DNA from: a bacterium
Lineage (GTDB): Bacteria; Patescibacteriota; Patescibacteriia; Patescibacteriales; Patescibacteriaceae
Length of the DNA: 33,601 bases
NCBI GenBank assembly: GCA_021818075.1
Contig: JAKAFD010000001.1
Span: 1 to 33,601 of the forward strand
Reading direction: 5' to 3'
Shown: in pieces, positions 16,777 through 25,181 of the stretch
Numbering within the stretch: position 1 is the stretch's first letter
How the letters are laid out: every line of letters starts with the position of its first letter
Translations under genes and position numbers: made by a program
Notes under the pieces: generated by a model
What the model was told of the DNA's origin: nothing
The model's input: the letters and a program-made list of their open reading frames with translations, nothing else
The model's database searches: none

Positions 16777-17324
16777 ACTTTAATATTTATACGAAACAGT
16801 TTAGTCGGCTTTGATGAAATTAAAGCAAACTTCAACCTAAGTTTGCCAACTTGTTTATTTGATATCGCTTTGCTTAAAACGGACATGTCAGTAGAATCGT
16901 TAACCGGTATCCATGTACTTACCTTTTGCTTCGCTCTAACTAATGTATCGATATCTGAAAGCTCACCAGTTATTCTTCCCTCAAACTTTACCTCATAGAT
17001 ATTGGTATTATGATCTTTAGCGCCATTTGGGTGCGGTAAAATAACTTTATCAAATTTAAAACCCAATGATTCAAGATACACCGCATTATTAGAAAGATTT
17101 TTAATTTCAATCACTATAATTTTTTTATATGTTGAGTCATTGGTGGTTATTGCCTTAACGTCTATGTAAACATTTTTTATTTTTTTTCTAGGCCACAAAT
17201 ACCATACAATCGATATTGAAGAAAAAACAAGCAAGACAATACTGATCATATCCCAAACTGCCCATATTGCCATGAATTGTAAAAGATTTCGCACAACAAG
17301 CATTATTGATTTTAAATCAGGCAT
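16773..17324 (-). CDS. hypothetical membrane-anchored protein
   Basis: N-terminal TM and beta-rich domain; AT-rich. Confidence 0.7.
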   Translation of the reverse strand: MPDLKSIMLVVRNLLQFMAIWAVWDMISIVLLVFSSISIVWYLWPRKKIKNVYIDVKAITTNDSTYKKIIVIEIKNLSNNAVYLESLGFKFDKVILPHPNGAKDHNTNIYEVKFEGRITGELSDIDTLVRAKQKVSTWIPVNDSTDMSVLSKAISNKQVGKLRLKFALISSKPTKLFRINIKV

Positions 17325-17356
17325 AAAGCGTCTTTTAAAAAATTTTTATTATTTTA

Positions 17357-17650
17357 TTATCCCCTCCACCACATTTTTATTGTATTAACGATAACTCGAA
17401 CAAATCCCACAATAATCAAGATAAAACCAAGTATAAGGCCTAATGCCACAATGAATCCACGCCCTTTTTGAAATATATTAAAAATCCCTACCGAAAATAA
17501 AACCCACCCCGTCGTAGTTATAGCTATCGCTATGATGAAGTTTTTTTTAAATTTTTTATCTATGTTTCTGCCACAGAATTTGCAGACCACTGCTTCTGCC
17601 TTAATTTGTTCGGCACAAAGTGGACATTTTTTTGTTTGTTCCTGAACCAT
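17357..17650 (-). CDS. zinc-ribbon membrane protein
   Basis: KKCPLCAEQIKAEAVVCKFCG plus two TM; start MVQEQ. Confidence 0.8.
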   Translation of the reverse strand: MVQEQTKKCPLCAEQIKAEAVVCKFCGRNIDKKFKKNFIIAIAITTTGWVLFSVGIFNIFQKGRGFIVALGLILGFILIIVGFVRVIVNTIKMWWRG

Positions 17651-17654
17651 AAAA

Positions 17655-17825
17655 TTATTTTTTATAATTATATAGAATGTAGCCAATGAAAAGTAAAATG
17701 ATTATAAAAATCCAGTCTACAATTTGCCAGGTGGCAAATTTCCAATGAAAAGTAAGGCCTAGAAAAATAACTCCGGCCATAATCAGTAAAGTAGCGCCAT
17801 AACTCTTAAAATTTTCGTTTGGCAT
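17655..17825 (-). CDS. small 2-TM protein (56 aa, missed by the ORF track)
   Basis: MPNENFKSYGATLLIMAGVIFLGLTFHWKFATWQIVDWIFIIILLFIGYILYNYKK fills the gap between its neighbours almost exactly. Confidence 0.7.
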   Translation of the reverse strand: MPNENFKSYGATLLIMAGVIFLGLTFHWKFATWQIVDWIFIIILLFIGYILYNYKK

Positions 17826-17830
17826 AGTTT

Positions 17831-19048
17831 TTAGTTAACAATTTTTGTTAATCTTTTAGATACCCAACCAGAATTTTTTTTATTCAACTTAATTTTAATC
17901 CAATCCTTATTACTTAAATCTACTATCTCATATTTTATCCCCTTTTTTGCCGAACCGATAATTTTAGCTTTGGCGTTCGGATTGACCCGCACATTAGATG
18001 ACGTGGTGACGGTTAAAAATTTTGTCTTATTATCACTAACTTGAATTCCTAAAACTTGCGGCACTAAAACGCATGTAGCAGAAATTTCATCTAGTTTATA
18101 CCCCGAATTACATACGCAATCATTATTAACTAGGCTAGCATTGACGGGGCAGGTTATTTTTTCGCAATATAACCCACCAACAGAAATCCTAGAACCAACA
18201 TCGCATACGCAAGAATTACCAACAAGAGTTGCATTAAGCGGACAATCTATTTTTACACAAAAAGATTTAGTAGGGTCAGCTTTGTATCCCGTATTACAAG
18301 AGCAGGAGCCGGAAGAATTTTCCGATGAATTGACTGGACAAGTATTAATATTTTGGTTATAAGTTTGAAAAAAATAATCAATAGGATTTGAGTTATTTTT
18401 CTTGACACATGTGTCGCCGCTTAATTCATATCCATAATCACACTCGCATTTTTTTGTTGAGGAATTATAACTAGACCATAAACCCAGTAAATTTTGGCAG
18501 TAACTATTGCCATTAACGCATTTATCGTTATTTATAATATAACCATAATCACACTTGCAGGCATCTGATATTGAATCGTAACTAGAAAAAGACCCTAGCT
18601 GATCTCTGCAATATTCATCATCATCAATGCATTTGCCGCCCGACATTAAATAACCACTTCTGCACTCACATTTTCCACTTAAAGAATCGTAATCTGCTCC
18701 ATATCCATATCTTTTTTGGCATTCGGAATCTCCGGAAACACAAGACTCATTACCTAGAAAATCCGTTCCGACAACATAGCCACTCATGCACTTACATTGA
18801 CCAGATAGAGAATCATACAAAGACATAAATGGGCAGTCAGGAGTTGTAGGTATCGACGGTGTTGGAATATTTGGAATATATGATTTTGGGTTATGGCAAT
18901 GATATTCGCCATAAGAAAGTCCCCAACTTGGACAATTCGTTCTACAAGTATGACATCCCATACTATCAGTATTGCCAGGGTGTGCTGAAACAAAAAACGG
19001 AACACTTGCAAAAAATAGCGAGACCGCGACGACAAAGATTTTTTTCAT
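17831..19048 (-). CDS. secreted Cys-rich protein: YHYH-like N-domain, EGF-like repeats, C-terminal SH3b-like domain
   Basis: signal peptide, HPGNTDSMGCHTC...YHCHN, repeated C-x-C-x-x-GY, NVRVNP...WIKI...GWVS. Confidence 0.85.
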   Translation of the reverse strand: MKKIFVVAVSLFFASVPFFVSAHPGNTDSMGCHTCRTNCPSWGLSYGEYHCHNPKSYIPNIPTPSIPTTPDCPFMSLYDSLSGQCKCMSGYVVGTDFLGNESCVSGDSECQKRYGYGADYDSLSGKCECRSGYLMSGGKCIDDDEYCRDQLGSFSSYDSISDACKCDYGYIINNDKCVNGNSYCQNLLGLWSSYNSSTKKCECDYGYELSGDTCVKKNNSNPIDYFFQTYNQNINTCPVNSSENSSGSCSCNTGYKADPTKSFCVKIDCPLNATLVGNSCVCDVGSRISVGGLYCEKITCPVNASLVNNDCVCNSGYKLDEISATCVLVPQVLGIQVSDNKTKFLTVTTSSNVRVNPNAKAKIIGSAKKGIKYEIVDLSNKDWIKIKLNKKNSGWVSKRLTKIVN

Positions 19049-19063
19049 ATATTTAAGTTAATA

Positions 19064-19366
19064 TTAATAAGGGGCGTCAACCGTATCTACTGTTTGAAGT
19101 CTATATAAGGAATATTCCATATCCTCATAATTACTTCCCGCATAACTTTGAGCCTCTAAAATATTCTGATTAACTTCTTCAATGTTCCCATTCGCCTCTT
19201 CCAGCGCCGCTTCGTATTCATTTAATTTTTCGGTGCAAATATTATAATCACTCTCCCAGTCGTCAGCTTCATTAGACCATTCTTCCGCGGTTTTTCCATT
19301 ATACTCCCCTATAGAACAACCACTTAATAGGATTATAAACGGTAAAATGACTAATAATTTTTTCAT
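19064..19366 (-). CDS. acidic coiled-coil lipoprotein
   Basis: lipobox LSGC. Confidence 0.75.
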   Translation of the reverse strand: MKKLLVILPFIILLSGCSIGEYNGKTAEEWSNEADDWESDYNICTEKLNEYEAALEEANGNIEEVNQNILEAQSYAGSNYEDMEYSLYRLQTVDTVDAPY

Positions 19367-19369
19367 AAA

Positions 19370-19606
19370 TTAAAAACCGTACAAACTTTTACGGTTATTC
19401 CATTTGTATTGATCGGGGCCGGTTTTAAAATGACCCCCTATGTATTGACCGGTTGAGGGCTTAAAATATCCTCGCTGATATCTCAAAACCCCGCCAGTTT
19501 TATAATTTCTAACTCCATAGCTTCTGGCTTCGGCTTGTTTTGAGTTTAGAAAAAAGAACGAAAGGACGATTGCAAAAATCGTTGTTGTCAAAATAATTTT
19601 TTTCAT
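19370..19606 (-). CDS. small basic secreted protein
   Basis: signal peptide ending AEA; RGYFKPSTGQYIGGHFKT resembles the GYxRxxGTYVxxHYR motif family. Confidence 0.7.
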   Translation of the reverse strand: MKKIILTTTIFAIVLSFFFLNSKQAEARSYGVRNYKTGGVLRYQRGYFKPSTGQYIGGHFKTGPDQYKWNNRKSLYGF

Positions 19607-19699
19607 ATTTTTAAATTTAAAATTTGCGCTAAAACATCAAGGCAATCGCCTTGGTATAAAGAAAAATTACCGTATTTGTAATATAAAGTTTTCATGTTA

Positions 19700-20296
19700 T
19701 TATTTTGGGTCTTTTAACCAATTATTTAATTCCGTATAAAAGTTCCAAGCTAATTGCATTCCTTGGTTAATTGTAGTCTCAGTAACTTCGGATGATCTTC
19801 CGTGTACCAACATGTTTCTTAACCAACGAATGGTTTTTATTTGATTTTCACCATTATCCGCTAATAAGCCCTTCTCTTTTAAAATTTTAACCAACTTTTC
19901 TTCATTGCCAGGTACTTGCTGTGAATTTGCTAAAATTACTGTAGCGGCAACTCGCAATAATCTTTCTATTTCGAAAGCAACTGATAGAAAATTACCAGTG
20001 GAATTATCCATCAATTGAATGATGTTTTTTTGTTGTTCAGCTTCTGCGACTTTTTCTTCGTTTGGTTTTGGGGCGTCGGCCGCAATACCCGGCTTACCTT
20101 TTAACTCTTCGAGATTTTTTATTTCTTTCTTTCCTCTTAATCCCCAGAAGTTAAATTCTTTTAAATCAGAAAACAATGCTATCAAGAGTACCATCAATGC
20201 AATTCCTAAAACATTGTTTGTTAAATCAGCGCCCCACCACTTGAATAATGCCGCCAATAAAATAAAAATAAGAACCAAAAAACCAAAGTTTTTCAT
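19700..20296 (-). CDS. 2-TM protein with C-terminal HEPN-like domain
   Basis: two N-terminal TM; helical domain with LRNMLVHG (RxxxxH). Confidence 0.7.
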   Translation of the reverse strand: MKNFGFLVLIFILLAALFKWWGADLTNNVLGIALMVLLIALFSDLKEFNFWGLRGKKEIKNLEELKGKPGIAADAPKPNEEKVAEAEQQKNIIQLMDNSTGNFLSVAFEIERLLRVAATVILANSQQVPGNEEKLVKILKEKGLLADNGENQIKTIRWLRNMLVHGRSSEVTETTINQGMQLAWNFYTELNNWLKDPK

Positions 20297-20346
20297 ATAT
20301 TTATAGTATTATTAAAATCACCCCACGGTTTAAAACCTTAAAAACA

Positions 20347-21228
20347 TTACTCAGCACTAATTAAAAATTTAATTAATTTTTGGCTATATTCAAGAGCATC
20401 CTTTGCTTCGTTATCCGTTGCTGTTTTTCTGCCCTTATGAACAATACCATTCCTTATATTAATACTGCCTTTACACTTTTCAAAGATTTTTTCTTCAGGA
20501 AGTTCAGTGTCCCCCAAAAGTAGCTTCAAAGTAACTTTAATATTTCCCGTTAATCCGTAGTTTCTTATGTATTCATTTGCGTCGGAACTTGATACTTTTC
20601 TTAAATCACAAATTTTTCTAATAAAATCTGATGTAACCAACTCTAGGGCAGTAACACTTTCCAAAATTGAATGTCTATAGTCAGTTTGATACAAGTATTG
20701 CTGTGCATTTAGTATTAATTCGGTCCAAAAAGGAATATCTTTTTTATTTGCCAAATCCTCTTCTAATTGGTTACTGATTCTGTGGTTAAGCAATGGATCT
20801 ATTGGTTTAATACCTCCAGCAAGGCCTATAGACATACGGCCAGCGTTTCCTGTGAGCAAGTTAAAGCCAAACAAATCCTCCCTAATTAATGGTATAAGAT
20901 GGACTGAGTTTGGAGCATAGTATCTATATTTTTTTATTAATTTATTTATTAAGTCTAAAACAAAATTTTCCGACTCTGCAGTTTCTATTTCTTGGTCAAA
21001 AACTTTGTTGGTGTATATATCAACCTCGGAATATGCATCTATGCCCCAGCGGTCTCTTATTGTTTCTGTGTTTTTAGAAAAGCTGATTCTTCTGTTTGGG
21101 ACTGTCTCTTTTTTAGAAAATCTAATTTTTGTATCAAAACAATCTTTTAGTTCAAAAAAGCGCCCATCAATATTATATAGGCAATAGGGTAAAGCAGTCT
21201 TAATTGTTGTTTTATATGTTTTAACCAT
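20347..21228 (-). CDS. HEPN-domain (Apea-like) protein
   Basis: SILESVTALE helix and IRNGIVHKG RxxxxH motif. Confidence 0.7.
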   Translation of the reverse strand: MVKTYKTTIKTALPYCLYNIDGRFFELKDCFDTKIRFSKKETVPNRRISFSKNTETIRDRWGIDAYSEVDIYTNKVFDQEIETAESENFVLDLINKLIKKYRYYAPNSVHLIPLIREDLFGFNLLTGNAGRMSIGLAGGIKPIDPLLNHRISNQLEEDLANKKDIPFWTELILNAQQYLYQTDYRHSILESVTALELVTSDFIRKICDLRKVSSSDANEYIRNYGLTGNIKVTLKLLLGDTELPEEKIFEKCKGSINIRNGIVHKGRKTATDNEAKDALEYSQKLIKFLISAE

Positions 21229-21451
21229 TGGCTAAATTTTTTTGATCGGGGATCGGTGGCATTTTTGAAATGTTTTGTGCAGTTTCACCGAATTGTTTCT
21301 CAGTTTCAGCATCTATTTCTTCTTTGGTTGCCACCCCCTTTTCAATTAAAACATTTTCTAAAGCCTTCATTCTCGTGTCTCTTGATAGGTCAAAGGCAGC
21401 ATTTGGACCTATTTTAGGCGCGACGATACTAAGATATTCTTCAAATTTCAT
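21221..21451 (-). CDS. small hypothetical protein
   Basis: 76 aa, RMKALENVLIEKGVATKEEID; overlaps the HEPN gene start. Confidence 0.7.
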   Translation of the reverse strand: MKFEEYLSIVAPKIGPNAAFDLSRDTRMKALENVLIEKGVATKEEIDAETEKQFGETAQNISKMPPIPDQKNLANG

Positions 21452-21484
21452 ATTAGTTTATATTAGTTAATAAAATTGTTTACC

Positions 21485-22915
21485 TTATCGTTTAAATGAA
21501 ACTAAAATACTTTTCATGTCTTCTCTTTTAACCCCGCCGAGTCCGTATAAAGCGAGGGCGTAGATTAAGCCGCCGAGGGGGACGAGGAGGAAAAAGGACA
21601 GCTTGGCTTTGAGGAATAAAATCACGCCGGCCATGATGAGGGCAGATGAAAGGGCTTTGCCCAGGGTGGGCAGGACTTTTCGCCAGCGCCAGGCCGTAAT
21701 CTGGCGGCTGATGATTAAACTTAAGACAAACAATAAAACATTGGTGATTAAAACGGTCAGGGCGGCGCCGGTCGGGCCCCAGAGCGGGATTAACAAAAGA
21801 TTTAACAAGACGCTGGCCACGACCACGATAGCCATATTGCGGGTGTTGGTTCGCTGGCGGTCGCAGGCGTTCAAAAGCGAGCCCAAGGGGAAATGGATAA
21901 AGATAAAAAACAGCGAAATCATTATCAATTGCAAAGGCAAAATTGAATCATGAAAACCTTTGTTAAACAGCAAGACCACTTTGTCGGACAGGGCGATGAC
22001 GCCGGCCATAATCGGCAAGGAAATAATGGTGGAGTAATTAAGGGCGCGCTCAAAGGTAATTTTTAATTGCTCGCGATTGTCGCGCCAATACATGCTCAAG
22101 GCCGGATAAAGCGAGGCCACAAAGGCCATGGGCAGGAATTGCAGGGCGTTGACGATTTTAAAGGGCACCTGATAAATGCCGACCGCCCAGTCCCCCGCCA
22201 GCTTAAAGAGCAAGACCGAATCAAAATAAGTATAGAGGCGCTGTAAAATGGCGTAGAGCCCGAACGGCCAGGCCACCGCGAAAATTGTTTTTACGGCGAA
22301 CCAATTCCAAGTCGGCCGGAGTGATAATTTAAATTTGGCTTTGGCTAGGATAATGGTGTAGGCGAAATTGACAATGCTGGCCAAGGGCAAGCCGACCATC
22401 AGCCAGATAACGCTTTTGTCCAGGCTCATCATGGCCAGGGCGGAGATTAAGACGACGATTTGCACGCCGACCGAGCCGATGCTTTCATACTTCAGGTTGT
22501 GATGTCCGCGAAAATAAGAATAAAAAGAGGTGCTGAAAGAATCCAGCACCATGGAAATACTCGCCAAGTAAATTAAATTTTTCACCAAGTCGGAATTGCC
22601 CTGCGCCAAGATGATGGCCAAAATCCAAGTTAGGGCGGCCAGGGGCAGTTTGATGCCGAGAATTGATTGAAAAAATTTCTTGGGCTCCTCGTCGCGGCGC
22701 GCCACGGTGCGGGTCAGGACATTGGCCAGGCCTAGGTCAATGAACACCGAGCAAATGGTGGTAATGGAAATGGCAAAATAGAACTTACCCAAGTCCTCGG
22801 GCCCGAGGTAGCGGGCGTAGAGGGTGAAATAGGTAAAAGAGATGAGCTTTTGGATAATCAAAGCCAGGGTGAAATACGAAGTGTTTTTGGCGATATTGGC
22901 GATTTTGTTTGGCAT
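21485..22915 (-). CDS. polysaccharide flippase (Wzx/MOP family)
   Basis: start MPNKIANIAKNTSY; ARYLGPEDLG, DLGL, AVGIYQ, multi-TM. Confidence 0.92.
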   Translation of the reverse strand: MPNKIANIAKNTSYFTLALIIQKLISFTYFTLYARYLGPEDLGKFYFAISITTICSVFIDLGLANVLTRTVARRDEEPKKFFQSILGIKLPLAALTWILAIILAQGNSDLVKNLIYLASISMVLDSFSTSFYSYFRGHHNLKYESIGSVGVQIVVLISALAMMSLDKSVIWLMVGLPLASIVNFAYTIILAKAKFKLSLRPTWNWFAVKTIFAVAWPFGLYAILQRLYTYFDSVLLFKLAGDWAVGIYQVPFKIVNALQFLPMAFVASLYPALSMYWRDNREQLKITFERALNYSTIISLPIMAGVIALSDKVVLLFNKGFHDSILPLQLIMISLFFIFIHFPLGSLLNACDRQRTNTRNMAIVVVASVLLNLLLIPLWGPTGAALTVLITNVLLFVLSLIISRQITAWRWRKVLPTLGKALSSALIMAGVILFLKAKLSFFLLVPLGGLIYALALYGLGGVKREDMKSILVSFKR

Positions 22916-22945
22916 GTTGTTTATATAATGCGAATGCCACGAATA

Positions 22946-22987
22946 GAGATTGCCACGCCCCGACTGCCATCGGGGCTCGCAATGACA
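22946..22987 (+). repeat. GAGAT...ATGACA palindromic repeat
   Basis: GAGATTGCCACGCCCCGACTGCCATCGGGGCTCGCAATGACA. Confidence 0.85.
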
Positions 22988-23131
22988 CGGGAATTTGGCT
23001 TTATTGTAGGCTGATTTTAAGGAAAAAGCAATCTTTACCTGTAGTGAGCGGAGTTGAACTATTGATAAAAAACTAAATTTATGGTATGAATAAAACAAAT
23101 AAATAATTTGTACCTTTAAAATGGAGGTTTT

Positions 23132-23455
23132 ATGAATAACTCTGTGTCTGACCAGGGGCTTTTAAACGCCGAGACAAACCTTAGACGCTATTTACTTTCA
23201 AATATTAAACTATTTAAATGGAGTATGTGGTTATTTGGTTTTGCGTTTGTGAACGGCTTGGTTGTTTTTTATCTTATTTTCTCTCAAATCTCAACACTGC
23301 TTTTTATTGTCATGGCTTTACTGTTTGTCGGTGCTTTTATAACCTCATTGGGCATATTTCGAAACGGAATTTCAATAACCAAGCATCGGTTAGTAAAATT
23401 AAACAAAGGTGAAATATCAGAACCGTTGGACGCATCAAAGACAGGCTTAAATTGA
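23132..23455 (+). CDS. small 2-TM protein in a stand-alone cassette
   Basis: TTGATA(23062)-17-TATGAA promoter, TGTACCTTTAAAA(23109), SD GGAGG, terminator at 23468-23494. Confidence 0.75.
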   Translation: MNNSVSDQGLLNAETNLRRYLLSNIKLFKWSMWLFGFAFVNGLVVFYLIFSQISTLLFIVMALLFVGAFITSLGIFRNGISITKHRLVKLNKGEISEPLDASKTGLN

Positions 23456-23467
23456 TAAACTTAAACC

Positions 23468-23494
23468 GAGGCGTTAAAAAACGCCTCTTTTTTT
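23468..23494 (+). terminator. intrinsic terminator
   Basis: GAGGCGTT-AAAA-AACGCCTC + T-run. Confidence 0.8.
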
Positions 23495-23524
23495 ATTGTC
23501 TGTGTAAAACGACAGAACAATAAT

Positions 23525-23560
23525 CCCTCCCTGACCCTCCCCTTCGTAAGGGGAGGGAAA
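23525..23560. repeat. CCCTC...GAGGG palindromic element
   Basis: CCCTCCCTGACCCTCCCCTTCGTAAGGGGAGGGAAA. Confidence 0.85.
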
Positions 23561-23570
23561 TAAAAGGGGC

Positions 23571-23598
23571 TTGACAGATTTGAAAAACAATGTATAAT
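23571..23598 (+). promoter_or_regulatory. consensus sigma70 promoter
   Basis: TTGACA-16 nt-TATAAT. Confidence 0.8.
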
Positions 23599-23646
23599 GA
23601 GGCGGCTGGTAATTTTTTGAACATTTTTAATTAACGGAGGTAATGA

Positions 23647-23862
23647 ATGAAGAAAGTTTCTAATAAGAAATTAAAAACGAATCTCAATGACCTGCCCGAG
23701 CGCGATCATACGGACGATAAGCCGTATTTTGACGACGGGGAAATGGAACACACCACTATACCAAATGAGCGGCCAGCAATTGTGCCACAACGATATTATG
23801 TAATGCATGATAAGCCGCCGCGATCAATGAATCATACGGTAAGCTGCCGCATTATTCATTAA
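23647..23862 (+). CDS. small hypothetical protein in a stand-alone cassette
   Basis: SD GGAGGT, consensus promoter, terminator at 23877-23909. Confidence 0.65.
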   Translation: MKKVSNKKLKTNLNDLPERDHTDDKPYFDDGEMEHTTIPNERPAIVPQRYYVMHDKPPRSMNHTVSCRIIH

Positions 23863-23876
23863 TGAAAATTTATTAT

Positions 23877-23909
23877 ATAACGCCCGAGAAACTTGGGCGT
23901 TATTTTTTT
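23877..23909 (+). terminator. intrinsic terminator
   Basis: ATAACGCCCGAG-AAA-CTTGGGCGTTAT + T-run. Confidence 0.8.
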
Positions 23910-23927
23910 CATGCTTGGCAGTAAAAA

Positions 23928-24015
23928 GAGATTCTATCACTCCGCTACGCTCTGTTCCAGAATGACAAAAATAGAGATTGCCACGCCCCTCGCAAACTCA
24001 GGGCTCGCAATGACA
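23928..24015 (+). repeat. two tandem GAGAT...ATGACA repeats
   Basis: 23928-23967 GAGATTCTATC...CCAGAATGACA and 23974-24015 GAGATTGCCACG...CTCGCAATGACA. Confidence 0.85.
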
Positions 24016-24100
24016 AGGGAAAGTTGACAAATTTTTTACTTTATGATTTTATGGAAGCAGAAAGTGTTGTTCCTTTTTAAATTTACGAAGGGAGTGTGCA

Positions 24101-24397
24101 ATGATAACAAACAAAAAAGAACAACGGGAAGAAGCGCAAAGTGTTTTAAACGATGCCGAACAACAAATAACTTCTCTCCGCAAACGCTTCAAGCATTCGC
24201 GGCCGAAAACCAATGGCGGCACCCTGCGAAATCTGCTTAATACGGTGGAAGGCTTATTGAATCAGTTGATTGAACTGAAAACAACCAGACCCAGCGTATA
24301 CGAATTTCATCCTGATATCCGCGAACAAAGATTTTCAGCGGAAATCAGTTGCCGCTTATTTATTGCCGACATCGAAACAAAAATAGCCTCTTCATAA
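24101..24397 (+). CDS. small helical hypothetical protein in a stand-alone cassette
   Basis: TTGACA at 24024, TGTTCCTTTTTAA at 24068, SD GGGAG, terminator at 24422-24453. Confidence 0.65.
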   Translation: MITNKKEQREEAQSVLNDAEQQITSLRKRFKHSRPKTNGGTLRNLLNTVEGLLNQLIELKTTRPSVYEFHPDIREQRFSAEISCRLFIADIETKIASS

Positions 24398-24421
24398 CAG
24401 TGCGGAAACAACTTCCGACAT

Positions 24422-24453
24422 AAAGACCAGCGCCCCCAAGCTGGTCTTTTTTT
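24422..24453 (+). terminator. intrinsic terminator
   Basis: AAAGACCAGC...GCTGGTCTTT + T-run. Confidence 0.8.
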
Positions 24454-24531
24454 ATTTTTGCCGCGTCTTGACTGATTTATATTTTCGTGATTATATAAGA
24501 CAAAAATTATAAACAATTCGGGAGTTAAACA

Positions 24532-25149
24532 TTGATTGGTCTTTTAAAAAAATGGTGGGCCATTAAAGATGACGAGGTTGATAAAGCCTGCCTCATTCTG
24601 GCGCACGGTTATGGCTTAACCAAAGATGACAAGTTACCGGAAAACGCCAAACGAGTTTTGGCTAAAACCCTTGAACTGGCTCGCAGATTTCCAGCCGCTA
24701 AAATTTTGTTCTATAACGCTAACTGTTATTGGCGACCGGAACAATTTGAAGCCCAGCTGAAAAAAGATTATCTGACTGCTTTGGGAGTTGAAGCTGATGA
24801 CCCGATTTGGGATAACATCATTGATAACGGCGTTAATTCAACGATTAACGAAGTGCTAATCGCTCTTAACACGGACGATTTAGCCGGTAAGGCAGTGGTG
24901 TCGCTTTGCGAACAAATACACATGCGACGCATAAGATTAATCTGGAAAAAAGAAACTCGCCGCTACCACCCGAAAGTTGACTTTAAGATTGTCGGCGTGC
25001 CGGGAGCCTGGACCAGCGAGATGCCTTCCTTTTTCTGCAAATCGGCCAGCCGCTGGTTATTGCTGAATATTATCTTCAGTGGCGCCTATGCCATCTTCGG
25101 CAATCTGATGAAAAATCTGTCGCACAAATTCTTTTTAAAACACGACTAA
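24532..25149 (+). CDS. YdcF/DUF218 (ElyC/SanA-like) protein, divergent
   Basis: ILAHGYG...RVLAKTLELARRFP, NSTINE, IHMRRIRLIW pattern; TTG start with SD GGGAG. Confidence 0.65.
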   Translation: MIGLLKKWWAIKDDEVDKACLILAHGYGLTKDDKLPENAKRVLAKTLELARRFPAAKILFYNANCYWRPEQFEAQLKKDYLTALGVEADDPIWDNIIDNGVNSTINEVLIALNTDDLAGKAVVSLCEQIHMRRIRLIWKKETRRYHPKVDFKIVGVPGAWTSEMPSFFCKSASRWLLLNIIFSGAYAIFGNLMKNLSHKFFLKHD

Positions 25150-25150
25150 T

Positions 25151-25181
25151 AATAGCATGGAAAATTTCCGTGCTATTTTTT
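25151..25181. terminator. terminator between convergent genes
   Basis: AATAGCATGGAA-AA-TTCCGTGCTATT + T-run. Confidence 0.75.

Noticed and set aside
17683..17755. Direct repeat CCAATGAAAAGTAA x2 and palindrome AATTTGCCA-GG-TGGCAAATT
   Set aside because: They lie within a plausible small CDS with no further copies seen, so there is too little support for a separate element
14620..21484. Prophage or tRNA-integrated island
   Set aside because: No integrase, no phage structural genes and no duplicated tRNA 3' end (att repeat) were found
22916..23098. 61-aa N-terminal extension of the flippase in the ORF track
   Set aside because: It runs through a repeat (CHCEPRWQSGRGNL) and a divergent promoter region; the family-like start is MPNKIA at 22915
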